A stretch of 64,000 nt of DNA from Thermoplasmata archaeon (GTDB taxonomy: Archaea > Thermoplasmatota > Thermoplasmata > Lutacidiplasmatales > UBA184). The position numbers and the translations under genes were made by a program. The notes beneath the pieces are model-generated. The model saw nothing but the letters and a program-made list of their open reading frames with translations, had not been told where the DNA came from and made no database searches. This document shows, one piece after another, positions 48,883 through 58,537 of the stretch. Every line of letters begins with the position of its first letter. Position 1 is the stretch's first letter. Location: positions 28,498 through 92,497 of the forward strand of contig JBKQPJ010000008.1 of the NCBI GenBank assembly GCA_052326305.1, read 5' to 3'.

Positions 48883-51800
48883 GTGTCCGGTCCGGGAGGC
48901 GTCGGACCCCTACCATCGTCCCGGTTGACCCGGATCCTTCAGGAGAAGGCGGAGGCGCTTCGCAAGAGGCGCCAGACCGCCGAGGTCGCCCTGAAGGAGG
49001 CCGAGGAACGGGTGGGCCAGCTCGATCGCTTGGGGATCTCCCCCGCGGGGGCGGCCGAACGGCTGCAGCAGCTGCACGAGCTCGTCCGCCGGTCGGACTG
49101 GGACCAGGTCGAGACCAGCGCGCAAGCGCTCCTCGCGGAGCTCGCCGCCGCCGTTCCCGGGCTCCTCGAGGAACGTCGCGTCCGCACGGGGGAATCGCTC
49201 GGGCGGCTTACGGGCCTCGGCATCCCCATCCCGCCCGAGCTCGCGACCGAGCTCGAGGCGCTCGCCCGCCCCGCGGCGGGCGGCCCGTGGACCGATTCGC
49301 TCGTCCGCCTGATGAAGGTCGAGGACGGGATCCGCCACGCCGCGACCGCGTACCTCGAGGGCGTACGGGGCCGCGCGATCTCGGTCGCCCGATGGTCCGG
49401 CCTCGGGCCCGAGCGGCTCGCCGAGTTCGAGCGCCTCCTCCCCAACACGGTCGACACCACCCGCGACGACGCCCTCGCCGACGCGGTGACGACGGTCCAG
49501 CGGAACCTCGTCGACGGCCTCCCGGAGGCCGCCGAGCGGCATCGCACGGTGCGGGAGAACGCCGAGCGCCTCCGTGCGACCGCCGAGGAGCTCGGCGCCG
49601 TGACCGGGCCGCTCGACGCCGCCCTCCGGGACGACGCGGCCGCCCCGATCGACCGCTGGCCGGAGACGGTGGCGGCCATCGACGCGGCGATCCCCGAGGT
49701 CGGCGAGGGGCTGCGCGAACGTTCGCGCCAGGTCCTCGAGGGCCTGCGCGGGTCGCTCGGCACGGTCGCCGAGTTCGAGGTCGACGCCGCCGGGGCGGTC
49801 GCCGCGGTCGAGTCCGCGCTCGCCCGGCTCCCGGCCACCGGACCGCTCGAGATCACCGGCCTCCTCGCGGAGGCACGGGCCGCGGCGGAGGAGCCGATCG
49901 TGACGGTCGTCGCGGGGCTCCTCGACGAGGTGCGTCCCCGCATCGCGGGGGCCCGTCGCCTCGGGCGCGACCCGAGCGAGGTGTTCTCGGCGATGAACCG
50001 GGCCCGCGAGGCCCTGCGCCTCAAGATCTACTCCGAGGCGCTCGCCGCCGCCCAGGAGGCCCTCGACCGCGTCAGCGGGCTCACCGAGGACCTCGACGCC
50101 GCCCGCGGGGAGCTCGGCACCCTGCAGGAGATGCTCCTCAAGTTCCGGGCGGCGGGGTTCCCGACCGAGCCGTTCGACGCCCCGGTGGCGCGCGTCCGCG
50201 CGCTCCTCGACCGGGCCGACGTTCCCGCCGCCCGGCAGGCGCTCCAGGAGGCGGTCCACCTCGCCGGCAAGGAGGCGCTCCGCTTCTTCGTCGACCGTTG
50301 GGCAACCCTCGACAAGACCCGCGCGTACGCGCACGAGCACGGGTTCGTCTCCCCCGAGACGGAGCAGGTCCTTGGGGAGGCCCGTGCCCTCCTCGACGCG
50401 GGCGACCTCGGCGGCGCCGCCGAGCTCCTCGCCCGGTTCGAGGTCGAGCTGCGTTCGAGCGCCGGGCCGTACGTCGCCCGGCGCGTCGAGGAGATGGAGA
50501 AGGCGTTCGTCGAGATCACCGACGGCGCCCTGACCGCTCCGGTCCGCCGCCTCCTCGCCGACGCGGACGTCACGCTCCGGGTCAAGCAGGACGTCGTCGG
50601 CTCGGTCGAGAGCCTGCACCGGGCGGAGCGGGAGTTCTCCGCCGTCTTCGGCGCCCACGCCTCCGCCCTCGTCGAGGGCCTCGAGTCGGAGGTCCGCGTC
50701 CTCAGCTCGATGGGCGGGACGAGCGACGAGATCCAGCGGCAGATCGACGAGGTCCAGCAGATCTTCAACATGGGCGATTTCGTCCAGGCGTCCCGCGCGT
50801 CGCAGGAGATCCGGACCCGCGCGCGCCAGCAGCAGCTCCTCCGCTCCGACGAGGCGATCTCCCACGCCAAGCTCGCGCTCGTCGAGCTCGAGCCGATGGG
50901 GCTCGACCTCACCTCCCTCCGCCCGCTCCTCGACGACGCGCAGTCGGCGGCGCGCGAGAACCGCTACCTCGACGCCTACCGCACGGCCACCGAGCTCGAG
51001 GAGGCCGCGGGCCGGGGCCGCGCCGCGGCCCAGACGGTCGTCGAGCGGATCTCCCGGCTCCAGGACCAGCTCGGCCGGCTCCATGCGAGCGGCGCGGACC
51101 CCTCGCCGTTCTACGAGGGGCTCCGCGAGGGGCGCGAGCAGCTGAACGCCCTTCGGTTCGACCGCGCGCGGACCCTGCTCGACGACCTCGACGGGCGCAT
51201 CTCCGCCGAGGCGGCCCGGATCGAGACCGAGCGGCTGCTCGGCGAGGTCGGTCTCCTGGTCGAGGAGGGCCGGCAGCTCGGGGCGCCGGTGGAGCCGATG
51301 GTCCGCCGGCTCGAAGGGCTCCAGACCGAACGGCATACCGCCGCGCCCGAGGCGACCCGCACGGGTTCGGTGCTCCTCCATGACGAGATCCTCGCCGTGC
51401 TGCGTCCGATCCTCGAAGAGAACCTCCGGTCGCTCGAGCGCGACCTCGACATCGCCCGCTCGGCGGGCGTGCCGCTCGACAAGATCGTCCCCCCCCTCGC
51501 CGAGGCCCGCCGGCGCGTGGCGCTTCCGGTGCCGACCGGCGCGGCGGCGCTGATCGACGAGGTCCGCAGCGCCCTGATCAGCACCCGCGGGTTCGTCGAG
51601 CACGCCGAGCGGGCGGCGAAGCGGGTGCACGAGGCGCTCGCCCAGGCGGACCTGTTGCGCGTGGAGGTCGGGGAGCTGCGCGCCCGGGCGGAGCGGTTCG
51701 ACACCTTCCTCGCCGGTCGGGAGTACGTACGGGTCGTCGAGCTCGCGGGCCCGCTCGAGCGGGAGCTGCACCAGGCGACGTACCGTCACGTGTCGAAGAC

Positions 51801-53376
51801 GCTCGCCGGCTTCCAGGCGACGGTCACCCAGCTGCGCCGCGACGGGGCGAACACCTCCGTCGCGGAGAACCTGCTGCACCAGGCCCGGATGTCGCTCGAC
51901 GAGGGCCGGCCCCTCGATTCCATCCAGCTCGCCGCCCGCAGCGAGCGGGAGCTCGAGCGGGCCGACCTGCAGCACAAGCTCGCGGAGGGGTCGATCGAGG
52001 CGGCCGAGCGGGCGATCGCGGGGGCGCTCGCCGAGGGGGCCGTCGCGACCGAGGCCCAGGATTCCCTGCGGAGCGCGAAGTCGTCGTACGTCAAGGGATC
52101 GTACGCCGACGTCTTCGAGCGGATGATCTTCATCTCGGACCTCGTCGCGACGGTGCGGGACGGCCTGCGCCGGGCCCGCGAGGCGATCGCGGTCGCCGAC
52201 CGGCAGCTCACCGAGGCGAAGGGCCTCGGCGCCGAGGCGGCGGACGCCACCGGCGAGCTCGCCGAGGCGCGCCACGAGCTCGACGCCGGCCACTACTCTC
52301 CGTCGGTCCGCCGGGCGCGCGAGGCGACCGAGATGGCCCGCTGGGCGATCGACCGCGCGTTCGCCGCCCCGCTCGGGGAGCTCCGGCGCCAGGTCGACGC
52401 GGTCCGCGCCGAAGGGATGGCGGGAGAGCTCGAGCCGCTCGAGGCGCTCGTCACCGGTGCCGAGGCCGCCGCCCGCGCCCACCAGTGGACCGAGGCGCGC
52501 GGCATGATCCTCCAGGCCGAGGACGCCGCCCGCCGTCTGTTCGAGGAGACGCTCGACGGACGCTGGCGGGAGGTCGAGGCCGACGCGAAGGAGACCGGGC
52601 CGGTGTCGCCCTCGGAGACCGCCCGGCGGGCCGACGTCGCGAGGAAGCTCGGAGAGCTGCGCTCCTCCCGGGACGTCGGGGGGGCCTTGCGCCTCGTGCA
52701 CGAAGAGCTCGAGATCGTCCGCGGCCAGCGTAAGGAGGTCGTTCTGCGCGCGGTCGCCGCGCTGCGCGACCGCCTTTGGGTCGGCGAGCGGCTCGGCGTC
52801 GACACGACGCCGGCGATGCAGACGTTCGGGGAGGCCCGCGCGTCCGCCGAGGCGGGGCGCCTGGGCGAGGCGACCGAGCTCCTGGCCCGGTCCGGTGCGG
52901 CCCTCGCGGAGGCGGTTCGGGGCCCGCTCGCCCGCCGGCGCAAGGAGCTCGCCTCCGAGGTGACGTTCGCCGAGGAGGGGCTCCACGTCAGCGTCGGGTC
53001 GGTGAAGGAGGAGCTGCGCGCCGCCGACGAGCTGCTCGGCGCGGGTCGGCTCCTCGACGGCGGCGCGAAGCTGCTCAAGATCGAGGAGGACCTGAACCTG
53101 CGCAAGTCGCTCCACCGCGAGCTCACGAACCTGCACTTCCTGATCGACGCGGCGCTCGGCCGGGCGGAGGAGCGGCAGATCGACACGTCGCGGGCCCGCG
53201 CGCTCCTCGACGAGTCGCTGCGCCTGCGCCCCGTCGACTACCCGGGGGCCCTCCAGAAAGCGCGCGAGGCGCTGAAGCTCCTGCAGGCCGACGGGGTCGT
53301 GATCGGGGAAACGGCGGCGACGGCCGCTCCCTCCTCGACCCCGTTCTGGCCGTTCCGGCGACCGCCGCCGTCCTGA
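48883..53376 (+). CDS. giant (1497 aa) alpha-helical repeat protein, hypothetical
   Basis: Continuous ORF rich in A/E/R/L with at least 12 recurrences of a module like [E/R]AR.LLD.GD...A..LL spaced about 90-110 aa apart. No enzymatic motif. TATA-like attaataa at about 48797 upstream. Confidence 0.6.
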   Translation: MSGPGGVGPLPSSRLTRILQEKAEALRKRRQTAEVALKEAEERVGQLDRLGISPAGAAERLQQLHELVRRSDWDQVETSAQALLAELAAAVPGLLEERRVRTGESLGRLTGLGIPIPPELATELEALARPAAGGPWTDSLVRLMKVEDGIRHAATAYLEGVRGRAISVARWSGLGPERLAEFERLLPNTVDTTRDDALADAVTTVQRNLVDGLPEAAERHRTVRENAERLRATAEELGAVTGPLDAALRDDAAAPIDRWPETVAAIDAAIPEVGEGLRERSRQVLEGLRGSLGTVAEFEVDAAGAVAAVESALARLPATGPLEITGLLAEARAAAEEPIVTVVAGLLDEVRPRIAGARRLGRDPSEVFSAMNRAREALRLKIYSEALAAAQEALDRVSGLTEDLDAARGELGTLQEMLLKFRAAGFPTEPFDAPVARVRALLDRADVPAARQALQEAVHLAGKEALRFFVDRWATLDKTRAYAHEHGFVSPETEQVLGEARALLDAGDLGGAAELLARFEVELRSSAGPYVARRVEEMEKAFVEITDGALTAPVRRLLADADVTLRVKQDVVGSVESLHRAEREFSAVFGAHASALVEGLESEVRVLSSMGGTSDEIQRQIDEVQQIFNMGDFVQASRASQEIRTRARQQQLLRSDEAISHAKLALVELEPMGLDLTSLRPLLDDAQSAARENRYLDAYRTATELEEAAGRGRAAAQTVVERISRLQDQLGRLHASGADPSPFYEGLREGREQLNALRFDRARTLLDDLDGRISAEAARIETERLLGEVGLLVEEGRQLGAPVEPMVRRLEGLQTERHTAAPEATRTGSVLLHDEILAVLRPILEENLRSLERDLDIARSAGVPLDKIVPPLAEARRRVALPVPTGAAALIDEVRSALISTRGFVEHAERAAKRVHEALAQADLLRVEVGELRARAERFDTFLAGREYVRVVELAGPLERELHQATYRHVSKTLAGFQATVTQLRRDGANTSVAENLLHQARMSLDEGRPLDSIQLAARSERELERADLQHKLAEGSIEAAERAIAGALAEGAVATEAQDSLRSAKSSYVKGSYADVFERMIFISDLVATVRDGLRRAREAIAVADRQLTEAKGLGAEAADATGELAEARHELDAGHYSPSVRRAREATEMARWAIDRAFAAPLGELRRQVDAVRAEGMAGELEPLEALVTGAEAAARAHQWTEARGMILQAEDAARRLFEETLDGRWREVEADAKETGPVSPSETARRADVARKLGELRSSRDVGGALRLVHEELEIVRGQRKEVVLRAVAALRDRLWVGERLGVDTTPAMQTFGEARASAEAGRLGEATELLARSGAALAEAVRGPLARRRKELASEVTFAEEGLHVSVGSVKEELRAADELLGAGRLLDGGAKLLKIEEDLNLRKSLHRELTNLHFLIDAALGRAEERQIDTSRARALLDESLRLRPVDYPGALQKAREALKLLQADGVVIGETAATAAPSSTPFWPFRRPPPS

Positions 53377-53391
53377 GCCCGGCGACCGGGC

Positions 53392-53847
53392 CTACCCGGA
53401 GCCGAACCCGGAGGCCGCGGAGGGCATCGGCATCCCGGGAGGGACCCGGATCGGTCCGAGGGGGAGGCGGTCGTACTCCACGTTGTGGCGCAGCCCCCGG
53501 CGCCGCAACAGCGCGGAGACCTGCTCGGTCACCTGCACGACCTCCTGGCAGCGCGACGGCTTCGCAAAGTAGAACTCGACGCGACGTTCGTCGGTGATCG
53601 GGAAGATCAGGCGGAGCCCGAAGACGTCCTGCCGGTTGTAGCCGACCGGCTTCTTGTCCCGCTTCAGGTCCCGCAGGTTCTCCTCGAGGAGCGCCTCCGG
53701 AGACAGGGGATCGGACTCCTTGACGAACGGCCGGTTCATCTCGACGACGCGGCGGTGGATCTCGGGGTACACGCGGACGAGGTCGCGGAACGAACGTTTC
53801 GGCTCGAGGAGGATGTGGCCGCTGCGCGCCTTCACGGGCGGGGTCAC
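53392..53847 (-). CDS. hypothetical conserved protein (151 aa)
   Basis: Non-repetitive ORF with balanced composition. No family recognised. Confidence 0.4.
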   Translation of the reverse strand: MTPPVKARSGHILLEPKRSFRDLVRVYPEIHRRVVEMNRPFVKESDPLSPEALLEENLRDLKRDKKPVGYNRQDVFGLRLIFPITDERRVEFYFAKPSRCQEVVQVTEQVSALLRRRGLRHNVEYDRLPLGPIRVPPGMPMPSAASGFGSG

Positions 53848-53930
53848 ACGCGCACGACGCGGGGCGGGCAGATAGGGTCTTCCGTCGCACGACGCGACGG
53901 GGTTATGGGGGCCGCCCCGCTCGCCCGGCC

Positions 53931-54338
53931 ATGTCCGGAACGCCGCTCCCCGCCCAGGGGTCCCCCATCTACGCCCCCCCCAGCCAGATCCCGGTCGTCA
54001 CGACCCCGTTCCTCCCCGGATACCGCGTGACCCGCGTGATCGGGGTGACGTTCGGCCTGATCGTGCGCTCCCGCGGGCTCGGGCGGAATATCGTCGCCGG
54101 GTTCCGCAGCCTCGCCGGCGGGGAGATCACCGAGTACACCCAGCTCCTCGAGCAGTCGCGCCACGAGGCGATCGCCCGGCTGACCCAGCACGCGCAGAGC
54201 CTGGGCGCGAACGCCGTCCTCTCCGTCGGGTTCGACACCTCCGAGATGAGCGAGATCATGACGGAGATCATGGCGTTCGGGACGGCCGTGGTCGTCGAGC
54301 CGGACCCGTCGCCCGCCCAGCCGGTCAGCCTCCGGTAG
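53931..54338 (+). CDS. YbjQ/UPF0145 (DUF74) family protein
   Basis: GRNIVAGFRSLAGGEITEYTQLLEQSRHEAIARLTQHAQSLGANAVLSVGFD is the UPF0145 core. Confidence 0.65.
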   Translation: MSGTPLPAQGSPIYAPPSQIPVVTTPFLPGYRVTRVIGVTFGLIVRSRGLGRNIVAGFRSLAGGEITEYTQLLEQSRHEAIARLTQHAQSLGANAVLSVGFDTSEMSEIMTEIMAFGTAVVVEPDPSPAQPVSLR

Positions 54339-54611
54339 GTCCTCGGGCCGGGCGAGAGGTTGGGCGGCGGGCGAGGACGCTGGGACCGGAATTGCCGGGG
54401 GGCTCGGTCGGATCGAGACGAGCGCCCCCGGGGGCCCGGGCCACAAGGTCGGTAGACCGCAGCCGGCCGATCGGAGCGATCCCGCTCCAGCGTTCGGTCC
54501 CGGCCCCCCACCGATCCCGCGCCTCTCTCGGGCCGGAGAAGGGATTGGACCCGTTCCACCCCCGAACTCGGCAGAAAGGTTGAAACGTCCGCCCCGCTAC
54601 CGAGCGCCGGC

Positions 54612-54713
54612 GCTCCCGTAGTCTAGTGGTCAAGGATAGAGGCCTCTCGAGCCTTTGACGCGGGTTCAAAACCGGGCGGTTAGGGCCGTCCGGGGAAACT
54701 CCCGCCGGGAGCA
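54612..54713 (+). tRNA. tRNA-Glu (anticodon CUC) with a putative 29-nt intron in the T-loop (position 59/60)
   Basis: Manual fold:
- Acceptor GCTCCCG / CGGGAGC.
- U8 A9.
- D arm GTCT-AGTGGTCAAG-GGAT.
- Anticodon stem GAGGC / GCCTT with loop CTCTCGA (CTC at 54646-54648).
- T-stem GCGGG (54660-64), TTCAAA (54665-70), then T + CCCGC (54700-05) after 54671-54699.
- Discriminator A at 54713.
- No encoded CCA. Confidence 0.6.
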
Positions 54714-54745
54714 CTTACCACCGCGGGTAGTGCCACGTTACCTTG

Positions 54746-54805
54746 GGCCCCCGGAGGCCGACCCGAAGGATCAGCGGGCCTTTCACGAGTCCGGAAACGG
54801 GTGGA
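54746..54805 (+). repeat. direct repeat family R2, copy 1 (about 60 nt, immediately downstream of tRNA-Glu)
   Basis: cccccggaggccgacccgaaggatcagcgggcctttcacgagtccggaaacgggt is about 80 percent identical to 59157-59212. Confidence 0.7.
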
Positions 54806-55117
54806 TTGGCGAAGCAGGGGTTCCCTCCCTGCTCGTTCGGGGGCATTCCGGTTGCGTCAGAAACCCGCGAACGCCGCTGCTATACTCGGCCAAGGTCGCC
54901 TGTGAGCGCTGGGAGCGTAGCTGAACCTTCCACGCGACCGACAATTCAGCCCGACTGCCCGTGGTAGGTTCTCGCGAGGGGATGTGGACCTCGCCGCGGC
55001 GGAGCACGGTCCGACGGGCTCTGCCTCCCTCCCAATCCTGTTCGAGGTGGCAAGTTCCCAATCACGAAGGTAATGCTAAAGTATAGCACGCTGGTGCGCT
55101 GGCTCGCGGGATAGACG

Positions 55118-56467
55118 ATGCGGGGTCAAATCCGAAGTGCCGAGATCTGGGTCGTAGTCGTTATCGCGGTGATGGTGTGGGCGTCGGCGGGGGTCCTGGG
55201 TCTTGAGGCGGGGCACGCCCTTTCGCGAGGTGCCGTGCACAACCTTCCCTCGGTAGATCGAAAGCTTGGGGCTATCCTCCTGTCGGAGAACGAAGTATCG
55301 AGCCCCTCGGCGAGTCCACGACTCGACCCCGCAGCCGCGCAAGTCTACGCGGGCGAACTCACCAGCCCCAACGCGCAACTAAACGGATTCTTCGGAAGCT
55401 CAGTGGCGATCAGCGGCACGACGGTCGTCGTGGGGGCTTGGGGTGAGTCGGTCTCGGGTCAGAACAATGCGGGCCACGCCTACACGTTCAACGCCAGGAC
55501 GGGCGCCCTGGTCGCGACGCTTACAAGCCCCAACGCTCAGACGGGTGGGCTCTTCGGCCGCTCGGTGGCGATCACCGGCACGACGGTCGTCGTCGGGGCC
55601 CCCCAAGAGACGGTCTCGGGTCAGGGCGATGCGGGCCATGTCTACACGTTCAATGCCAAGACGGGCGCGCTGATCTTGACGCTTACAAGCCCCGACGCGC
55701 AACTCAACGGATTTTTCGGAAGTTCGGTGGCGATTAGCGGCAAGACCGTCGTGGTCGGGGCTTACGGGGAGATGGTCTCGGGTCAGACCGATGCAGGTCA
55801 TGTCTACACGTTCAACGCCAAGACCGGCGCGTTGGTCTTGACGCTCACCAGCCCCGGCACGCAGTCCTACGGTATCTTTGGCGGCTCGGTCGCGATCGGG
55901 GGCACGACGGTCCTCGTCGGGGCCGACGGCGAGACGGTCTCGAGTCTGAGCGGTGCGGGCCATGCCTACACGTTCAACGCCAAGACGGGCGCATTGATCT
56001 TGACGCTCACGAGTCCCAACCCGCAACTCAATGGATACTTCGGCTACTCGGTGGCGATCGGGGGCACTACGCTCGTCGTCGGAGCTGCCGACGAGACGCT
56101 CTCCGGGGGTCTGATCGCTGCGGGCCATGCCTACACGTTCAACGCCAAGACCGGCGCGCCGATCTCGACGCTCGCCAGCCCCAATGCCCAGGTCGACGGG
56201 GCTTTCGGCGGCTTGGTGACGATTAGCGGCAGGACCGTCGTGGTGGGAGCCTACGGCGAGGCATTCTCCGGCCTGAGCCAGTCGGGCCATGCCTACACGT
56301 TCAATGCCAAGACCGGCGGACTGATCTTGACGCTCACCAGCCCCAATGCACAGACTTCAGGAGTCTTCGGCAGCTCGGTGGCGATGAGCGGCAAGACTGT
56401 CGTGATCGGGGCAGATTTTGAGTCGGCCCTGGGTCAGAGCGGCGGGGGACATGTTTACCTGTGGTAG
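55118..56467 (+). CDS. secreted FG-GAP repeat (integrin-alpha-like beta-propeller) protein
   Basis: Signal peptide, then eight tandem 46-aa units (LTSPNAQ.NG.FG.SVAI.G.TVVVGA..E.VSGQ..AGH.YTFNAKTGAL...) giving 138-nt DNA periodicity from about 55330 to 56440. Confidence 0.8.
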   Translation: MRGQIRSAEIWVVVVIAVMVWASAGVLGLEAGHALSRGAVHNLPSVDRKLGAILLSENEVSSPSASPRLDPAAAQVYAGELTSPNAQLNGFFGSSVAISGTTVVVGAWGESVSGQNNAGHAYTFNARTGALVATLTSPNAQTGGLFGRSVAITGTTVVVGAPQETVSGQGDAGHVYTFNAKTGALILTLTSPDAQLNGFFGSSVAISGKTVVVGAYGEMVSGQTDAGHVYTFNAKTGALVLTLTSPGTQSYGIFGGSVAIGGTTVLVGADGETVSSLSGAGHAYTFNAKTGALILTLTSPNPQLNGYFGYSVAIGGTTLVVGAADETLSGGLIAAGHAYTFNAKTGAPISTLASPNAQVDGAFGGLVTISGRTVVVGAYGEAFSGLSQSGHAYTFNAKTGGLILTLTSPNAQTSGVFGSSVAMSGKTVVIGADFESALGQSGGGHVYLW

Positions 56468-56587
56468 GTTGGCTACGAGCGGGGCCCCGAGACATCCGCC
56501 AGATGCGAGGAGACCCGCTTATCGGCGAGGGATATCCGGTCATCCCGACGCGATCGACCTGCGCCTCCATCGCGCCCGAACGGGCCC

Positions 56588-57226
56588 TTGTCACCAGGGA
56601 GGATCTGCTCGACTTCGGAATTGACAGGTAACGCTTGCCTGGACCACCTGGTGAGACTCTTTCGCAAGGTGTGGTTTGGCGAGCCAATCGATTCGCAGGG
56701 TTCTTCATCAAGACCAATGTCATGGTCCCTCGCCGAGGGGGCTGCTTCGATGACGAAACACTGGCCGGGTCCTACCTACGAAGTGCGAGCGAACTTCAGA
56801 GCTCCGTTGAAGTTTGTGTACCGGTGGTGCACCGATTACACGCCGAAGGACGCGAGGTACGAGTCGGAGCATTACCAACGACGCATCCTACGGCGGTCAG
56901 TTCGTGAGGTAATCTATGAGGATTTGGAGGATACCAAGGAAGGTTGGTATTGGACCCGACACGTGGTTCGCCTCTACCCGCCGAATCGCTGGCACTCCAA
57001 CTCGGTTGGGAGCCACCGGGAGGTCTCCCTGGAGTATCGCCTCTCCCCGCTCCCCGGGGACCGGACCCAGCTAATCCTCACGGCTCGGCGGCGTCCGTCG
57101 GGCGTCGGAGGGAAGAATCCTCCGAAATCGCAATGGGAGCGTTCCATCACGGTGGCATGGAAGAGGTTTGGCCGGGTTCTCGAGCGAGACTATCGGAAGT
57201 CCTCACGGCGGCGCGCACGAACCTAA
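56588..57226 (+). CDS. SRPBCC (START/Bet v1-like) domain protein
   Basis: From about the internal Met (MTKHWPGPTYEVRANFRAPLKFVYRWCTDYTP...WYWTRHVVRLYPPNRW...) the fold pattern matches polyketide-cyclase/SRPBCC proteins. The N-terminal 55 aa may not be translated. Confidence 0.5.
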   Translation: MSPGRICSTSELTGNACLDHLVRLFRKVWFGEPIDSQGSSSRPMSWSLAEGAASMTKHWPGPTYEVRANFRAPLKFVYRWCTDYTPKDARYESEHYQRRILRRSVREVIYEDLEDTKEGWYWTRHVVRLYPPNRWHSNSVGSHREVSLEYRLSPLPGDRTQLILTARRRPSGVGGKNPPKSQWERSITVAWKRFGRVLERDYRKSSRRRART

Positions 57227-57347
57227 TCGGTACTCACCCGCCGGCGACCTCGATGATCGCTGAGAGGGAGTGAGTTCCAGGTCAGTGCGCCTTTCTGCCC
57301 ATAGGTGTTCGAATCGGGCGGGTTCTCTAAGGGGTAGTCGAAGGGCT

Positions 57348-57401
57348 GGGTTCTCTAACGGTGCGGGATGCCGCCGTTCTCGCACAACGCGTGCGGATCG
57401 C
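57348..57401 (+). repeat. direct repeat family R3, copy 1 (GGGTTCTCTAACGGTGCGG... about 54 nt)
   Basis: gggttctctaacggtgcgggatgccgccgttctcgcacaacgcgtgcggatcgc. A partial extra copy gggttctctaa lies at 57320-57330. About 80 percent identical to 63367-63420. Confidence 0.7.
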
Positions 57402-57928
57402 GGTCCTCCCGAGAGCGCGCGCGTCGCCCGCCACTGGTGCGAAGGTGTTCGGGCGTCCGGCTACCTGTCCGTTGAGGAAGGCGGGGCTGCGATCGCAACT
57501 CAGGTCGTTGTGCTTCCCCCCGACACGCCCCTGACGGTCCGAGGCCTTCTGAGGACTACGGACCAATCAATCGGGCTGCCGGTTCAGGTCCCGCCGAAGG
57601 CACTTCTCGATGGGCGTAGGCACAACCCCTTTTGAACCCGAGCGCGAACCGGTTCTTGCTCCGTAACCTGGCCGTGTTCGACTTTTCTCGTACGTATCGA
57701 TCGCCCGTCCACAGACTTTCGAGTTCTGACAGTATCCGCCCCCCACACAATACGGTGATTACGCGTCCTACGCACCAGGTACTCGACAGTGCTCTCCCAT
57801 CCTAGGCCACCCGTGCGACAGACCCGAGGGCGAGGCAACGTCGTACTATTCCAGGAGGCCGCGCCGTCACGATGAGGGTGGCCTCCCTTCTTTTCAGCAG
57901 CGCCGCACCCGTCGGTCCGAAGGGCTAC

Positions 57929-58537
57929 TCAACTTGGAAAAAACTCCGCCACCATTTGGCTGCCCCAGAAATGATTGAGGGAGGCCCCCGCGCCGTCGTC
58001 GACGTTCACATAGAAAGTGTACGAGCCCGCTGCGACGGTATCCGAGAACACCACTGAGGCGGTGAGCTGGTAGTCACCAGTCGGCTGGCTTGAAGGAACG
58101 ACATCCCAGGATGCGGGTTGCGACACAGCGCACGAAGCCGCGGATGTGGCGATAACGAGCTCCACTTCGTCCGAGGTGCCGGAGACGTGGCTGAAGGAGA
58201 GAATGGAGTCGTCAGTCACCAGGATCGTACCTGCCGACGGAACTGTAATGGAGACTAGACCACCTTGTTCGTTTACGCACTGCGACTGATTGAATTCAGT
58301 ACGGGTGAAGGTGTAGGAGCTGGCCATGACGATGCCCGCTCCGGCCGGACCCGTGGCTCCGGTGTGCCCCGAGGCCGTTAGAGCGATACCGAGAGCCGAG
58401 CCCCCGAGGACTAGCGCGACAACTCCGAGAACAATAGGGAGCCTACTAGGGGAGATCGCCCCGAGACTTCGAGGATTGGGTGGCGACACCGGTCGGTCGG
58501 CTGGGATAGGACTGCTCTCGGGCGACGCGGCGGACAT
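57929..58537 (-). CDS. membrane-anchored extracellular protein, paralog family A
   Basis: Ser/Pro-rich N-terminus, one TM (LPIVLGVVALVLGGSALGIAL), then an about 150-aa ectodomain ending ...SQMVAEFFPS. Paralogous to 61369-61986. Confidence 0.55.
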   Translation of the reverse strand: MSAASPESSPIPADRPVSPPNPRSLGAISPSRLPIVLGVVALVLGGSALGIALTASGHTGATGPAGAGIVMASSYTFTRTEFNQSQCVNEQGGLVSITVPSAGTILVTDDSILSFSHVSGTSDEVELVIATSAASCAVSQPASWDVVPSSQPTGDYQLTASVVFSDTVAAGSYTFYVNVDDGAGASLNHFWGSQMVAEFFPS

